From NCBI GenBank assembly GCA_017554145.1, contig JAFZIZ010000013.1:143685-207684 (forward strand): a stretch of DNA of 64,000 nucleotides, in the 5' to 3' direction. The position numbers and the translations under genes are program-made. This DNA is from Prevotella sp. Lineage in GTDB: Bacteria > Bacteroidota > Bacteroidia > Bacteroidales > Bacteroidaceae. This document shows, one piece after another, positions 1 through 10,126 of the stretch (position 1 is the stretch's first letter; every line of letters begins with the position of its first letter). The notes under the pieces are model-generated. The model saw only the letters and a program-made list of their open reading frames with translations. It was not told the origin of the DNA and searched no databases.

Positions 1-1
1 A

Positions 2-1363
2 GGATATGAGTTCTTCACCAATGTCAATCTTTTCGAAGCCTCTCCTTTCCGCGATCATGTCAACAAAGAACATATAGAGGAATTCTGGGTATGTGCCAAA
101 GGCGATATACCAGGACAAAACTCTATTCCCTATCTGGAGATACGCCTTCTTCCTATCTACGATAAGGATGGTAAGTTAGCCTATATCTCAATTGCTACCC
201 GTGACGTGTCAGAAGAACGTGATATGTATCTTCAATCAAAACTCAACGATATCCAGATACAAAAAGCCAACGAAGAGATTCATCGCTATGAGACTGAACT
301 CCAGTACATGATGGAGGCGATTGACATGCGTGCATGGCGCATCAACTATGCAGAAAGAAAAGTGCAGTTTATGAAAGGTCTAAGTAAGATTGAAAAAGAA
401 CTGTCATTTGAGGAATATGAGAGTTACTTCATAGACGACCATGACGAAATCAAAAAGAAATTCACAGATCCTGAGAAGTACTTTAAGCAACCGATATCTG
501 TTCTACGTAAGATGCGCCCTGTTTTCCACTCTACGGATGAGATACAATGGAACCAGATTAACAGTCTACCCATCTATGATGATAAAGGGAAACTGGTTGC
601 TACATTCGGTATCATCCGAAACATGACCAAGTTCATACAGGTACAGGAACAACTGAAACAAGAGACTCAGCGCGCCAACGAGTCAGGACGACTGAAGAGT
701 GTCTTCCTTGCCAATATGACCCATGAGATACGTACTCCGTTGAATGCCATCGTCGGATTCTCTGACCTCATACAGATGATGACGACGTTGGAAGACAAGC
801 GTGAACTGACACATGTCATCCATAACAACTGTGACATGTTGCTTAGACTCATCAACGACATCATGGCCATCTCTGCAATGGACGCTAACGGACTGACCAT
901 GAAGCCTACCGATACCGATTTCGCTGTTACTTTCAATGAGATGTGCCAGTCGTTGGCGCAGCGTGTAGAGAACCCGAAGGTGGAATTCATCAAAGAGAAT
1001 CCGTATCATACACTATTGACTCATTTGGATGCAGGAAGAATCACACAGGTTATCACCAACTTCGTAACCAATGCCGTCAAATATACGCAAGAAGGACATA
1101 TCCGAGTAGGCTACCGTCTGCAAGACAATGGTATCTATATGTATTGTGAAGATACGGGTGTCGGTATTCCAAAGGAACAGTGTTCAAAGGTCTTTGACCG
1201 TTTCGTGAAGCTCAACGACTATGTACAAGGCACAGGATTGGGACTGTCTATCTGTAAGGCTATCGCCGAGCATTGTAACGGAAAGATAGGTGTAGACAGT
1301 GAGGTCGGCAAGGGTTCTACGTTCTGGTTCTGGATACCAGTGGAAATAAAAGAAGTGAATTAA
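2..1363 (+). CDS. Sensor histidine kinase (PAS-like + HisKA + HATPase_c), 5'-truncated by window
   Basis: H-box FLANMTHEIRTPLNAI, N-box NFVTNAVKYT, G1 DTGVGI, G2 GTGLGL. The frame is open back to position 2, so the start lies upstream of the window. No receiver domain. Confidence 0.9.
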   Translation, partial: GYEFFTNVNLFEASPFRDHVNKEHIEEFWVCAKGDIPGQNSIPYLEIRLLPIYDKDGKLAYISIATRDVSEERDMYLQSKLNDIQIQKANEEIHRYETELQYMMEAIDMRAWRINYAERKVQFMKGLSKIEKELSFEEYESYFIDDHDEIKKKFTDPEKYFKQPISVLRKMRPVFHSTDEIQWNQINSLPIYDDKGKLVATFGIIRNMTKFIQVQEQLKQETQRANESGRLKSVFLANMTHEIRTPLNAIVGFSDLIQMMTTLEDKRELTHVIHNNCDMLLRLINDIMAISAMDANGLTMKPTDTDFAVTFNEMCQSLAQRVENPKVEFIKENPYHTLLTHLDAGRITQVITNFVTNAVKYTQEGHIRVGYRLQDNGIYMYCEDTGVGIPKEQCSKVFDRFVKLNDYVQGTGLGLSICKAIAEHCNGKIGVDSEVGKGSTFWFWIPVEIKEVN

Positions 1364-1380
1364 AACGATAACAATCTGTA

Positions 1381-3570
1381 ATGATGAAAAAAAGATTGAT
1401 GATGATTGCCATGCTGTGTCTTTCTACGGCATGGGCATGGGCAGAACAAGTAGTCATCGAGACACGTAATGTCTCTCTGGTACTTGATGTCGAGAAGGGT
1501 GCTCAACCCAAGTATGTTTATTTTGGTGCGAAACTGAGTGCACAGGAACTAAGTCACTTGCAAACACCTGTGGGTGGAAGGATGGATGCCTATCCTGCCT
1601 ATGGACTGAATGCACCTGCGGAAGCCGCCCTTGCGATGCGTCATGCAGATGGAAACCTGTCTACGGCATTGATCGTCGAGGGTATCCAACAAAGTGGGAA
1701 TATTACGACCATTCAACTCAAAGACCCCGCCTACCCCATCACCGTCAACCTGAAATACAGGGCTTATCCTGACGAGGATATGATAGAGACATGGACGGAG
1801 ATTATCAATGGGGAGAAACAGACAGTCACGCTGACGACATTTGCCTCTGCGATGTTGCCCATCCGTCGTGGGGATGTATGGCTCAGTCATTTCTATGGTT
1901 CATGGGCTAATGAGACACAACTGGTAGAAGAGCCACTGACACCTGGTCAAAAGGTGATCGTCAACAAAGACGGTACCCGTAATTCTCATACCGACCATGC
2001 GGAAGTGATGTTCTCACTTGATGGCAAGGGACAGGAGAATGCTGGTCAGGTGATTGGTGCCGCCCTCTGCTATTCAGGCAACTATCGTCTGAAGGTGACT
2101 ACCGACGATACAGAATATCATTATTTCTTTGCAGGTATCAATGAGGATAATTCCGAGTATCACCTGAAGAAAGGAGAGACCTTCGTAACACCGAAACTGG
2201 CACTGACATTCTCGCAACAAGGACTCTCTGGTGCCTCTCGTAATTTCCATAAGTGGGGGCGTAAATATATGTTGGCTCATGGTGATAAAGAACGTAAGAT
2301 CCTGTTGAACTCATGGGAGGGTGTTTATTTTGACATCAACCAAAAAGGAATGGACCAGATGATGGCGGATATTGCTTCCATGGGCGGTGAACTCTTCGTG
2401 ATGGACGATGGTTGGTTTGGTGATAAATATCCTCGTAAGACCGACAACTCTTCATTAGGTGACTGGGTAGTGGATAAAAACAAACTGCCTGAGGGTATCG
2501 AAGGACTGCTTCGCGATGCCAAGAAACACGGCATTAAGTTCGGTATCTGGATTGAACCGGAGATGAGTAATACGGTCAGTGAACTTTACGAGCAGCATCC
2601 TGACTGGATTGTCAAGGCGCCTAATCGTGATGCCGTATTAGGACGTGGAGGTACGCAGGTGGTACTTGATATGGCGAATCCGAAAGTACAGGACTTCGTT
2701 TTCAGCATCGTGGACAATCTATTAACAAAATATCCTGAGATAGACTATATCAAGTGGGATGCCAATATGCCCATCATGAATCATGGTTCACAGTATCTGG
2801 ATATGGCAAACCAAAGTCATCTGTATATCGAGTACCATCGTGGCTTTGAGAAGACGTGCCAGCGTGTCCGTGCCAAATATCCTGATGTTACTATCCAAGC
2901 CTGTGGCAGTGGTGGCGGTCGTGCTAACTGGGGTTTCCTTCCCTATTTTGACGAGTTCTGGGTTTCCGACAATACCGATGCCCTGCAACGCATCTACATG
3001 CAATGGGGCACCTCATATTTCTTCCCTGCCATCGCCATGGCAAGTCATATCTCTGCCACGCCTAATCACACTGTCTTCCGCACCACGGCTATGAAATACC
3101 GTATCGACGTAGCGATGAGTGGTCGACTGGGTATGGAGATTCAGCCCAAGAATATGACAGACGATGAGAAGGAACTCTGTCGCAAGGCGATTGCCGAATA
3201 CAAGCAGATTCGTCCTATCGTGCAGTTTGGTAACATCTATCGTTTGGTATCACCCTACGACAAGAAGGGGCTTGCATCGATGATGTATGTGACAGACGCA
3301 AAGGATAAGGCGGTGTTCTACTGGTGGAAGACAGAGTCGTTCCAGAATGAGCATCTGCCTCGTGTGAAGATGGCAGGACTCGATGCCGACAGGATGTATA
3401 AGGTGAAAGAGTTGAACCGCATCGACCTGAAGCCGTTGACCTTTGAAGGAAAGTCATTCAGTGGTGCCTATCTGATGAATCACGGACTGGATATTCCTTA
3501 TCGCAACGAGCCGGAGTGGTCGAAGAAGACTGACTGGTCGAGCCGTGTTCTGCTCTTAGAAGCGGAATAA
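1381..3570 (+). CDS. Alpha-galactosidase, GH36
   Basis: Signal peptide; LLNSWEG, FVMDDGWF, FGIWIEPEM, YIKWDAN, CGSGGGR and WVSDNTD motifs typical of GH36. Confidence 0.93.
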   Translation: MMKKRLMMIAMLCLSTAWAWAEQVVIETRNVSLVLDVEKGAQPKYVYFGAKLSAQELSHLQTPVGGRMDAYPAYGLNAPAEAALAMRHADGNLSTALIVEGIQQSGNITTIQLKDPAYPITVNLKYRAYPDEDMIETWTEIINGEKQTVTLTTFASAMLPIRRGDVWLSHFYGSWANETQLVEEPLTPGQKVIVNKDGTRNSHTDHAEVMFSLDGKGQENAGQVIGAALCYSGNYRLKVTTDDTEYHYFFAGINEDNSEYHLKKGETFVTPKLALTFSQQGLSGASRNFHKWGRKYMLAHGDKERKILLNSWEGVYFDINQKGMDQMMADIASMGGELFVMDDGWFGDKYPRKTDNSSLGDWVVDKNKLPEGIEGLLRDAKKHGIKFGIWIEPEMSNTVSELYEQHPDWIVKAPNRDAVLGRGGTQVVLDMANPKVQDFVFSIVDNLLTKYPEIDYIKWDANMPIMNHGSQYLDMANQSHLYIEYHRGFEKTCQRVRAKYPDVTIQACGSGGGRANWGFLPYFDEFWVSDNTDALQRIYMQWGTSYFFPAIAMASHISATPNHTVFRTTAMKYRIDVAMSGRLGMEIQPKNMTDDEKELCRKAIAEYKQIRPIVQFGNIYRLVSPYDKKGLASMMYVTDAKDKAVFYWWKTESFQNEHLPRVKMAGLDADRMYKVKELNRIDLKPLTFEGKSFSGAYLMNHGLDIPYRNEPEWSKKTDWSSRVLLLEAE

Positions 3571-3596
3571 CGATATAACGTTATAACGTCATAACG
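3567..3596 (+). repeat. Octamer tandem array (nnATAACG) x4 starting at the GH36 stop codon
   Basis: ataacg atataacg ttataacg tcataacg read directly. Confidence 0.75.
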
Positions 3597-3665
3597 AAAA
3601 AAAACGATATCAACACGAAAACAAGCAGTAAAGATCTTTTAGCCTACATCCGCGAGGGTCGCGAG

Positions 3666-4988
3666 ATGACACAGGGCGAGAAACTCAGGTTGATTATCAG
3701 CCTGAGTATTCCAAGTATTCTTGCCCAGATATCTGCCACCGTGATGTTCTTCATCGATGCCTCGATGGTAGGACATCTGGGGGCTAAGGCTTCTGCTTCT
3801 ATTGGTATCGTGGAGACGACAGGCTGGTTGATAGGTGGACTTGCCTCTGCTGCCAATATGGGATTCTCTGTGCAAGTGGCGCATGCCATTGGTGCCAACG
3901 ATTTCAAGCGCGCCCGTCGCATCCTGCGTCAGTCACTGGTATGCTGTCTGCTCTATAGTCTGACTATTTCCACCATCGGCATTCTGATTAGTGGTCCCCT
4001 GCCCTATTGGTTGGGAGGCACTGAAAAGATTGCCCATGATGCCTCTGTATATTTTGCCATCATCGGCTTCTGCGGCATCTTCTTCCAGATGGAAGGTTTG
4101 GCAGGTTCGATGCTGAAATGTAGTGGCAACATGAAGATTCCCTCTGCGCTGAATATCCTGATGTGCGTGATGGATGTCGTTTTCAACTATTTCTTCATCT
4201 ATATCATGGATTATGGCGTAGCAGGTGCGGCTATGGGTACAGGACTTGCAGAACTGATCACGGCAGGACTGATGCTCTACTTCCTGCTCTATCGTTCAGA
4301 TATGTTGCGACTGGTGGGACACCCTGGTTCTTTCCGTCCCAAAGCCGATATCGTTCGCAATGCCTTTAAAATTGGTGCACCTATGGCTTTGCAACATACG
4401 CTGATGGGAGGTGCGTATGTTGTGAGTACCGTCATCGTTGCACCTTTGGGCACCATCGCTATTGCTGCCCATTCGCTTGCCATCACTGTTGAAAGCCTGT
4501 GTTATATGCCAGGCTATGGTATTGCCGAAGCAGCCACGACACTGGTCGGACAAAGCATCGGAGCCGGACAGAAACCACTTACCCGTTCGTTTGCACGTAT
4601 GTCTGTTGGCATGGGTACGCTGGTTATGACGTTCATGGGCATCCTCATGTGGGTCTTCGCCCCAGAGTTGATGACATTCATGTCACCTGTTGAAGCCATC
4701 CAACAAGTGGGTAGTCAGTGCCTCCGCATCGAAGCCTATGCAGAACCGATGTTTGCTATCGCTATTGTCTGCAACGGTGTCTTCATCGGTGCTGGCGACA
4801 CGCTGAAGCCTGCCCTCATGAGTCTCTTCTCGATGTGGGGCGTCCGACTCACGTTGGCTGCATTCTTGGCTGTACGCTATGGACTGCCAGGTGTATGGAC
4901 GGCTATGGCGATAGAACTGACTTTCCGAGGTATCATCTTCCTTTTCCGACTGTTCCACGGAAACTGGATGAACAGATTCAAAGCATAA
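3666..4988 (+). CDS. MATE family efflux transporter (true start may be upstream)
   Basis: About 12 hydrophobic segments, two MatE repeats (IDASMVGHLG; AATTLVGQSIGAG; FIGAGDT). Confidence 0.9.
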   Translation: MTQGEKLRLIISLSIPSILAQISATVMFFIDASMVGHLGAKASASIGIVETTGWLIGGLASAANMGFSVQVAHAIGANDFKRARRILRQSLVCCLLYSLTISTIGILISGPLPYWLGGTEKIAHDASVYFAIIGFCGIFFQMEGLAGSMLKCSGNMKIPSALNILMCVMDVVFNYFFIYIMDYGVAGAAMGTGLAELITAGLMLYFLLYRSDMLRLVGHPGSFRPKADIVRNAFKIGAPMALQHTLMGGAYVVSTVIVAPLGTIAIAAHSLAITVESLCYMPGYGIAEAATTLVGQSIGAGQKPLTRSFARMSVGMGTLVMTFMGILMWVFAPELMTFMSPVEAIQQVGSQCLRIEAYAEPMFAIAIVCNGVFIGAGDTLKPALMSLFSMWGVRLTLAAFLAVRYGLPGVWTAMAIELTFRGIIFLFRLFHGNWMNRFKA

Positions 4989-5027
4989 AAAACGATACAG
5001 CCCCAGGATATCCATCCTTGGGCTGTA
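4987..5027. terminator. Intrinsic terminator hairpin, probably bidirectional
   Basis: tacagccccaggat-atcc-atccttgggctgta stem. The A-run at 4987-4992 gives a U-tract on the minus strand; a pyrimidine run follows on plus. Confidence 0.7.
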
Positions 5028-5217
5028 CTCTTTCCTCTCCTATTAATAACTAAAAACTTGCTTCCTCTAAAACTAATACCTTACTACTAACCTATTTACT
5101 AACCACTAACAAACCATATTTCATCGTTATCCCATCAATCAATCTTTCTTTTCTACCTTTTTTGCAAGTTATCCTTATCTTTTACCTTAACTATTGAAGA
5201 GTGTTCCTCTGAATCAC
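4987..5217 (-). ncRNA. Candidate purine-rich small RNA
   Basis: TACCTTTG -7 box at 5229-5222 on minus with no gene downstream, then a C-poor tract ending at a hairpin plus U-tract. Longest ATG-started ORF seen is 10 codons. Confidence 0.5.
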
Positions 5218-5283
5218 GATGCAAAGGTAAGCAGATTTCACGGACCCACCATGAAATCTTTCCATTTTACGAAAAAAATCGGT

Positions 5284-6114
5284 TTATTCTTGACTTACAT
5301 CAAAATTTTGTGTGCGAACACAAAGAACTTCTTCTACTAGATTCGTCAACTCTACAAACTGCTGAATCATCAGTTGTTCAGGGCGTTTCGTCATGATTTC
5401 ATGGGCAAAAAAGTTCTCTGGGGCAGGATGTGCGGCATCGAAGAGTGGACGAAGACTCACACGCAGCATCTTACGACGCTGATTAAAGACCGTCTTCACC
5501 ACGCGTTTAAACAGATTCTCGTCGCATCCCAGATGCTCCACCTTGTTGCGCGTCATACGAATCACGGCACTCTGTACCTTAGGGGGCGGATTGAACACGT
5601 CAGGCTCCACCGTAAAGAGGTACTCCACGTCATACCATGCCTGTATCAATACGCTGAGGATACCATACGCCTTATTCCCTGGCTCCGAGGCGATACGTAG
5701 TGCCACCTCACGCTGAATCATACCAGTACAGCAGGGTATCAGTTCGCGATTATTCAGCATCTTAAAGAAAATCTGCGAAGAGATATCATAAGGATAATTG
5801 CCCGTCAGCACAAACTGCTGTCCGTCAAACACCTTCTGCAAGTCCATTCTGAGGAAGTCCTCACCTAAAATATTTTCCTTTAATTTGGGGAAATGCTCAT
5901 TCAAGTACGCCACACTTTCCCTATCAATCTCCACCACCTTCAGTGAACGAGGTTTCTCTACCAGGTATTGTGTCATCACACCCATACCCGGTCCCACCTC
6001 CAACATAGGCAGGTCACTATATGGTGTATCCACCGTATCAGCAATACGCTTGGCAATAGAGAGGTCAGTCAGGAAGTGCTGACCCAGATTCTTCTTTGGT
6101 CGTACTTGTTTCAT
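5284..6114 (-). CDS. rsmA: 16S rRNA m6(2)A1518/1519 dimethyltransferase RsmA/KsgA
   Basis: PKKNLGQHFL, LEVGPGMG, GNYPYDIS, PPPKVQS, FNQRRKML. Start moved to ATG at 6114; TACCTTTG box at 6131-6124. Confidence 0.96.
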   Translation of the reverse strand: MKQVRPKKNLGQHFLTDLSIAKRIADTVDTPYSDLPMLEVGPGMGVMTQYLVEKPRSLKVVEIDRESVAYLNEHFPKLKENILGEDFLRMDLQKVFDGQQFVLTGNYPYDISSQIFFKMLNNRELIPCCTGMIQREVALRIASEPGNKAYGILSVLIQAWYDVEYLFTVEPDVFNPPPKVQSAVIRMTRNKVEHLGCDENLFKRVVKTVFNQRRKMLRVSLRPLFDAAHPAPENFFAHEIMTKRPEQLMIQQFVELTNLVEEVLCVRTQNFDVSQE

Positions 6115-6192
6115 TTCACTGGTCAAAGGTACGATTTTTTACCAATATCGGCAAGTTTTTGGATAGTTTTTGTGATAAAGTATGGTTAAACT

Positions 6193-6930
6193 TTATAAGA
6201 ATCCTTGGTGTTTGAGGGCTTCTATGAGCCCTTGGGACATCGCCTCATTGTCTTTCTTTGTGTAGCGGATATCCGTAAAAATTTGGGCGAGCGTCTCTTT
6301 TTTGTTGATATTGACGAAATCTTGGTTCTCTGGCAAGTTTTCTTTCTCGTAGTAGAAACGGTCGATATCCATAGCCAGATAGTCTTTGTATGTCTCTTGA
6401 TGTATGAAACTCTCCAGCGGTAAGCGATCGGAGAGGGGAGGCTTCTCGTCAGGCCAGCCAACAGTCAGTGTAGCAACAGGCATCACGAGTTTTGGCAACT
6501 CTAGAATGTCGATGATCTGTTGCGGCTGATAGACGGTGGTGCCTAAGTAGCAATAACCCAGTCCTTCCTCATCCATCAGGTTACAGAGCGTCTGCGTATA
6601 GAGCAGAGCATCAGTGGCAGCGTTGATAAATGACAGGAAGTTGTCATAGCCGGGCTCCGCCTTACGACATTTTGCCCAAAAGCTGGTGCGATTGAAGTCA
6701 GCACAGATGGTAAGCAGCACAGGGGCTTCCATCACCATCGGTTGGTTGAAATGTGCAGGTGCGAGCCGTTGTTTGATTCTCGCATCGCGAGTAACTACTA
6801 CACTGTAGAGTTGCAGGTTACCCATCGTCTGTGTACGCGCTGCCTCAGTCATTAACCGATTCAGCAGTTCTTCACTCACATCCTTAAAGGCATATTTGCG
6901 GATTGTTCTCCGTGTTGATAGATTCTTCAT
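6193..6930 (-). CDS. Nitroreductase family (NfsA/Frp-like NADPH-flavin oxidoreductase)
   Basis: RRTIRKY N-terminus, NLQLYSVVV, GLGYCYLG, RLPLE motifs. ATG at 6930. Confidence 0.88.
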   Translation of the reverse strand: MKNLSTRRTIRKYAFKDVSEELLNRLMTEAARTQTMGNLQLYSVVVTRDARIKQRLAPAHFNQPMVMEAPVLLTICADFNRTSFWAKCRKAEPGYDNFLSFINAATDALLYTQTLCNLMDEEGLGYCYLGTTVYQPQQIIDILELPKLVMPVATLTVGWPDEKPPLSDRLPLESFIHQETYKDYLAMDIDRFYYEKENLPENQDFVNINKKETLAQIFTDIRYTKKDNEAMSQGLIEALKHQGFL

Positions 6931-7031
6931 GCTGCAAAAGTACACAAAGTTTCCTAAAATGGAAAACTTTCGTTCTAAAATTTTTCGAATAGTTTTCCGA
7001 AAAAATAATTTGTTATCTCATTTAAAGTTGT

Positions 7032-7039
7032 TACCTTTG
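7032..7039 (+). promoter_or_regulatory. Bacteroidota sigma-A -7 box (TACCTTTG) for nrdJ
   Basis: Exact match to TAnnTTTG about 25 nt before the ATG. Confidence 0.6.
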
Positions 7040-7064
7040 CAGGAAATATTACGTAAACTAATCA

Positions 7065-9653
7065 ATGGAATCAAATCAAACGTACACGTATGATGAGGCT
7101 TTTGATGCCTCTTTAGCCTATTTTGGCGGTGATGAGTTGGCTGCCCGCGTCTGGGTCAACAAGTATGCGATGAAAGACAGTTTCGGAAAGATTTATGAGA
7201 AATCGCCCGAACAAATGCACTGGCGTATCGCTAACGAGATTGCCCGAATTGAAAAAAAGTATAAGAACCCGATGACCGCTCAGGAAATTTTCGACCTGCT
7301 TGATCATTTCAAATACATCGTGCCAGCAGGAAGTCCGATGACGGGTATCGGCAATAACTATCAGGTAGCATCTTTGAGCAACTGCTTTGTTATTGGATTG
7401 GATGGCGATGCCGACTCGTATGGCGGTGTCATGCGTATCGATGAGGAGCAGGTGCAGTTGATGAAACGTCGTGGTGGCGTCGGTCATGATATGAGTCATA
7501 TCCGTCCGAAAGGTTCCCCCGTTCATAACTCCGCCCTCACATCTACAGGTCTGGTGCCCTTCATGGAGCGTTATAGTAATAGTACGCGCGAGGTGGCACA
7601 GGATGGTCGTCGTGGTGCGTTGATGCTCAGTGTTAGTATCAAGCATCCCGATTCAGAGGCATTCATTGATGCGAAGATGACAGAAGGTAAGGTAACAGGT
7701 GCTAATGTCTCTGTGAAGATTGACGATGCCTTCATGGAGGCAGCCATTAACGACCAGCCCTATATCCAGCAGTTCCCTATCGATAGTGAGGATCCTGAGT
7801 GGAAGAAAGAGATATCCGCCAAGGAACTCTGGGAAAAAATTGTACATAATGCTTGGAAGAGTGCTGAGCCTGGTGTGCTGTTCTGGGATACCATCCTGCG
7901 TGAGAGTATTCCCGACTGTTATGCCGATTTAGGCTTCCGTACGGTGTCTACGAATCCCTGTGGTGAGATTCCCCTTTGTCCATACGATTCTTGTAGATTA
8001 CTGAGTATCAACCTTTACTCGTATGTAGAGAAACCCTTTATGAAGGAGGCCTACTTCAACTACGACCTCTTCAAGAAACATGTGGCGATGGCACAACGGT
8101 TGATGGACGACATTGTCGACTTGGAGTTGGAGAAGATTGAGCAGATACTGGAGAAGGTTGACAGCGACCCGCAGTCGATGGAGGTGAAAGGTGCTGAGCG
8201 CCATCTCTGGGAGAAGATTCAGAAGAAGAGCGGTATGGGGCGCCGTACGGGCGTGGGTATCACGGCAGAAGGTGACATGATTGCCGCTATGGGTCTGCGT
8301 TATGGTACGCAGGAGGCTACCGACTTCTCGGTAGAGGTGCATAAGACGTTGGCGCTGAATGCCTATCGCAGCAGTGTGGAGATGGCAAAGGAGCGTGGCG
8401 CCTTTGAGATATACGATGCCCAGCGTGAGGCAAATAATCCGTTTATCTTGCGCTTGAAGGCTGCCGATGCCCAATTATATCAGGATATGGTGAAGTACGG
8501 TCGCCGTAATATTGCCTGTCTGACGATTGCGCCAACGGGTACTACCTCGTTGATGACACAGACTACCAGTGGTATTGAACCCGTATTCCTGCCTGTTTAT
8601 AAGCGTCGCCGTAAGGTGAACCCCAATGATACCGATGTGCATGTGGACTTCGTCGATGAGGTGGGCGATTCGTTCGAGGAGTATATCGTCTATCATCCGA
8701 AGTTTCTGAAATGGATGCAGGTCAACGGATTCGATACGATCAAGCGTTATACGGAAGAGGAGATAGAAGAGCTGGTGGCTAAGTCTCCTTACTATAAGGC
8801 AACAGCTAATGATGTCGATTGGTTGATGAAGGTGCGCATGCAGGGTGCTATCCAAAAATGGGTAGACCATTCCATCAGTGTGACAGTCAATCTGCCGAAT
8901 GATGTGGACGAGGCTTTGGTCAACCGTCTGTATGTAGAAGCATGGCGTAGTGGATGTAAGGGATGTACTATCTATCGTGACGGCAGTCGTGCAGGTGTGA
9001 TGGTCTCTGTCTCGAAGAAAGAGAAGAAGGAGCAGGATGAAGACACGACGAAGGATAATAACATAACTGTACAGGAGGAACCCAATCCTTGCAAGCATCC
9101 GGAAGTGACAGAGGTCCGTCCTAAGGAACTGGAGTGTGACGTCGTCCGTTTCCAGAATAACAAGGAGAAATGGGTGGCCTTTGTCGGCTTGCTCGATGGT
9201 TATCCTTACGAGATCTTCACGGGTCTTCAGGACGACGATGAGGGTATCGTCTTACCAAAGACCGTCACTCGTGGTAAGATTATCAAACAGACCAATGACG
9301 ACGGTACGCGCCGTTATGACTTCCAGTTTGAGAACAAACGTGGCTATAAAACAACGGTGGAAGGTCTCTCTGAGAAGTTCAATCCTGAGTATTGGAACTA
9401 TGCGAAACTGATTTCTGGTGTGCTGCGTTATCGTATGCCTATCGACCACGTCATCAAACTCGTCAGTTCGCTGCAGTTGAAGTCGGAGAGTATCAATACC
9501 TGGAAGGTAGGTGTTGAACGTGCGTTGAAGAAATACATCCTCGACGGTACGGAAGCGAAAGGTCAGAAGTGTCCGAACTGTGGCAGCGAGAGTCTGGTAT
9601 ATCAGGAGGGTTGTCTGATTTGTAAGAATTGTGGATCATCAAGATGTGGATAA
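7065..9653 (+). CDS. nrdJ: Adenosylcobalamin-dependent (class II) ribonucleotide reductase
   Basis: SLSNCF, QDGRRGA, STNPCGEIPL (catalytic Cys), TIAPTGT, KGCTIYRDGSR, C-terminal CPNC...CKNCG zinc ribbon. No adjacent beta subunit. Confidence 0.92.
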   Translation: MESNQTYTYDEAFDASLAYFGGDELAARVWVNKYAMKDSFGKIYEKSPEQMHWRIANEIARIEKKYKNPMTAQEIFDLLDHFKYIVPAGSPMTGIGNNYQVASLSNCFVIGLDGDADSYGGVMRIDEEQVQLMKRRGGVGHDMSHIRPKGSPVHNSALTSTGLVPFMERYSNSTREVAQDGRRGALMLSVSIKHPDSEAFIDAKMTEGKVTGANVSVKIDDAFMEAAINDQPYIQQFPIDSEDPEWKKEISAKELWEKIVHNAWKSAEPGVLFWDTILRESIPDCYADLGFRTVSTNPCGEIPLCPYDSCRLLSINLYSYVEKPFMKEAYFNYDLFKKHVAMAQRLMDDIVDLELEKIEQILEKVDSDPQSMEVKGAERHLWEKIQKKSGMGRRTGVGITAEGDMIAAMGLRYGTQEATDFSVEVHKTLALNAYRSSVEMAKERGAFEIYDAQREANNPFILRLKAADAQLYQDMVKYGRRNIACLTIAPTGTTSLMTQTTSGIEPVFLPVYKRRRKVNPNDTDVHVDFVDEVGDSFEEYIVYHPKFLKWMQVNGFDTIKRYTEEEIEELVAKSPYYKATANDVDWLMKVRMQGAIQKWVDHSISVTVNLPNDVDEALVNRLYVEAWRSGCKGCTIYRDGSRAGVMVSVSKKEKKEQDEDTTKDNNITVQEEPNPCKHPEVTEVRPKELECDVVRFQNNKEKWVAFVGLLDGYPYEIFTGLQDDDEGIVLPKTVTRGKIIKQTNDDGTRRYDFQFENKRGYKTTVEGLSEKFNPEYWNYAKLISGVLRYRMPIDHVIKLVSSLQLKSESINTWKVGVERALKKYILDGTEAKGQKCPNCGSESLVYQEGCLICKNCGSSRCG

Positions 9654-9658
9654 TAAGG

Positions 9659-9690
9659 ATTGAAAAATTGAAGGATTGAAGAATTGAAGT
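9659..9690 (+). repeat. Octamer tandem array ATTGAAnn x4
   Basis: attgaaaa attgaagg attgaaga attgaagt fills the nrdJ-folB gap. Confidence 0.8.
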
Positions 9691-10075
9691 GATGATGATT
9701 GAATCCAGTTATATCTATTTGCAGGATGTCCGCTTCCATGCTTTTCATGGGGTGACACCTATCGAAAAGAAGGTGGGGTCTGATTTCACTGTATCTGTCC
9801 GTGTGGCCATTGATATCTCGGCTGCCGTAGAGCATGATATCGTGGATGTCACCCTCGATTATGCTGCCCTTTGTGAGGTGGTGAAACGGGAGATGATGAT
9901 TCCCTCCAGTCTCATAGAACATGTGGCAGGCCGTATCGGTGAGGCCGTATTTGCTAACTTCCCACAGGTGAAAACCCTCGACATCTCCCTGACGAAGTTG
10001 AATCCCCCTATGGGGGCTGACTGCGTTGGCGCTGGTGTGGAATTACATTTAATAAATGATAAAACTCAAGGATAA
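9689..10075 (+). CDS. folB: Dihydroneopterin aldolase
   Basis: FHAFHGV..EK..G, TLDYA, LIEHVA, KLNPP motifs. Confidence 0.93.
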   Translation: MMMIESSYIYLQDVRFHAFHGVTPIEKKVGSDFTVSVRVAIDISAAVEHDIVDVTLDYAALCEVVKREMMIPSSLIEHVAGRIGEAVFANFPQVKTLDISLTKLNPPMGADCVGAGVELHLINDKTQG

Positions 10076-10126
10076 GTGAGGGGTTTTACTGGAAATTGAC
10101 TAATTTTGCACCCCGAAAACAAGAAT

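Noticed and set aside
6946-7064. Cobalamin riboswitch upstream of nrdJ
   Set aside because: The leader is only about 25 nt after the -7 box, with no B12-box or structure.
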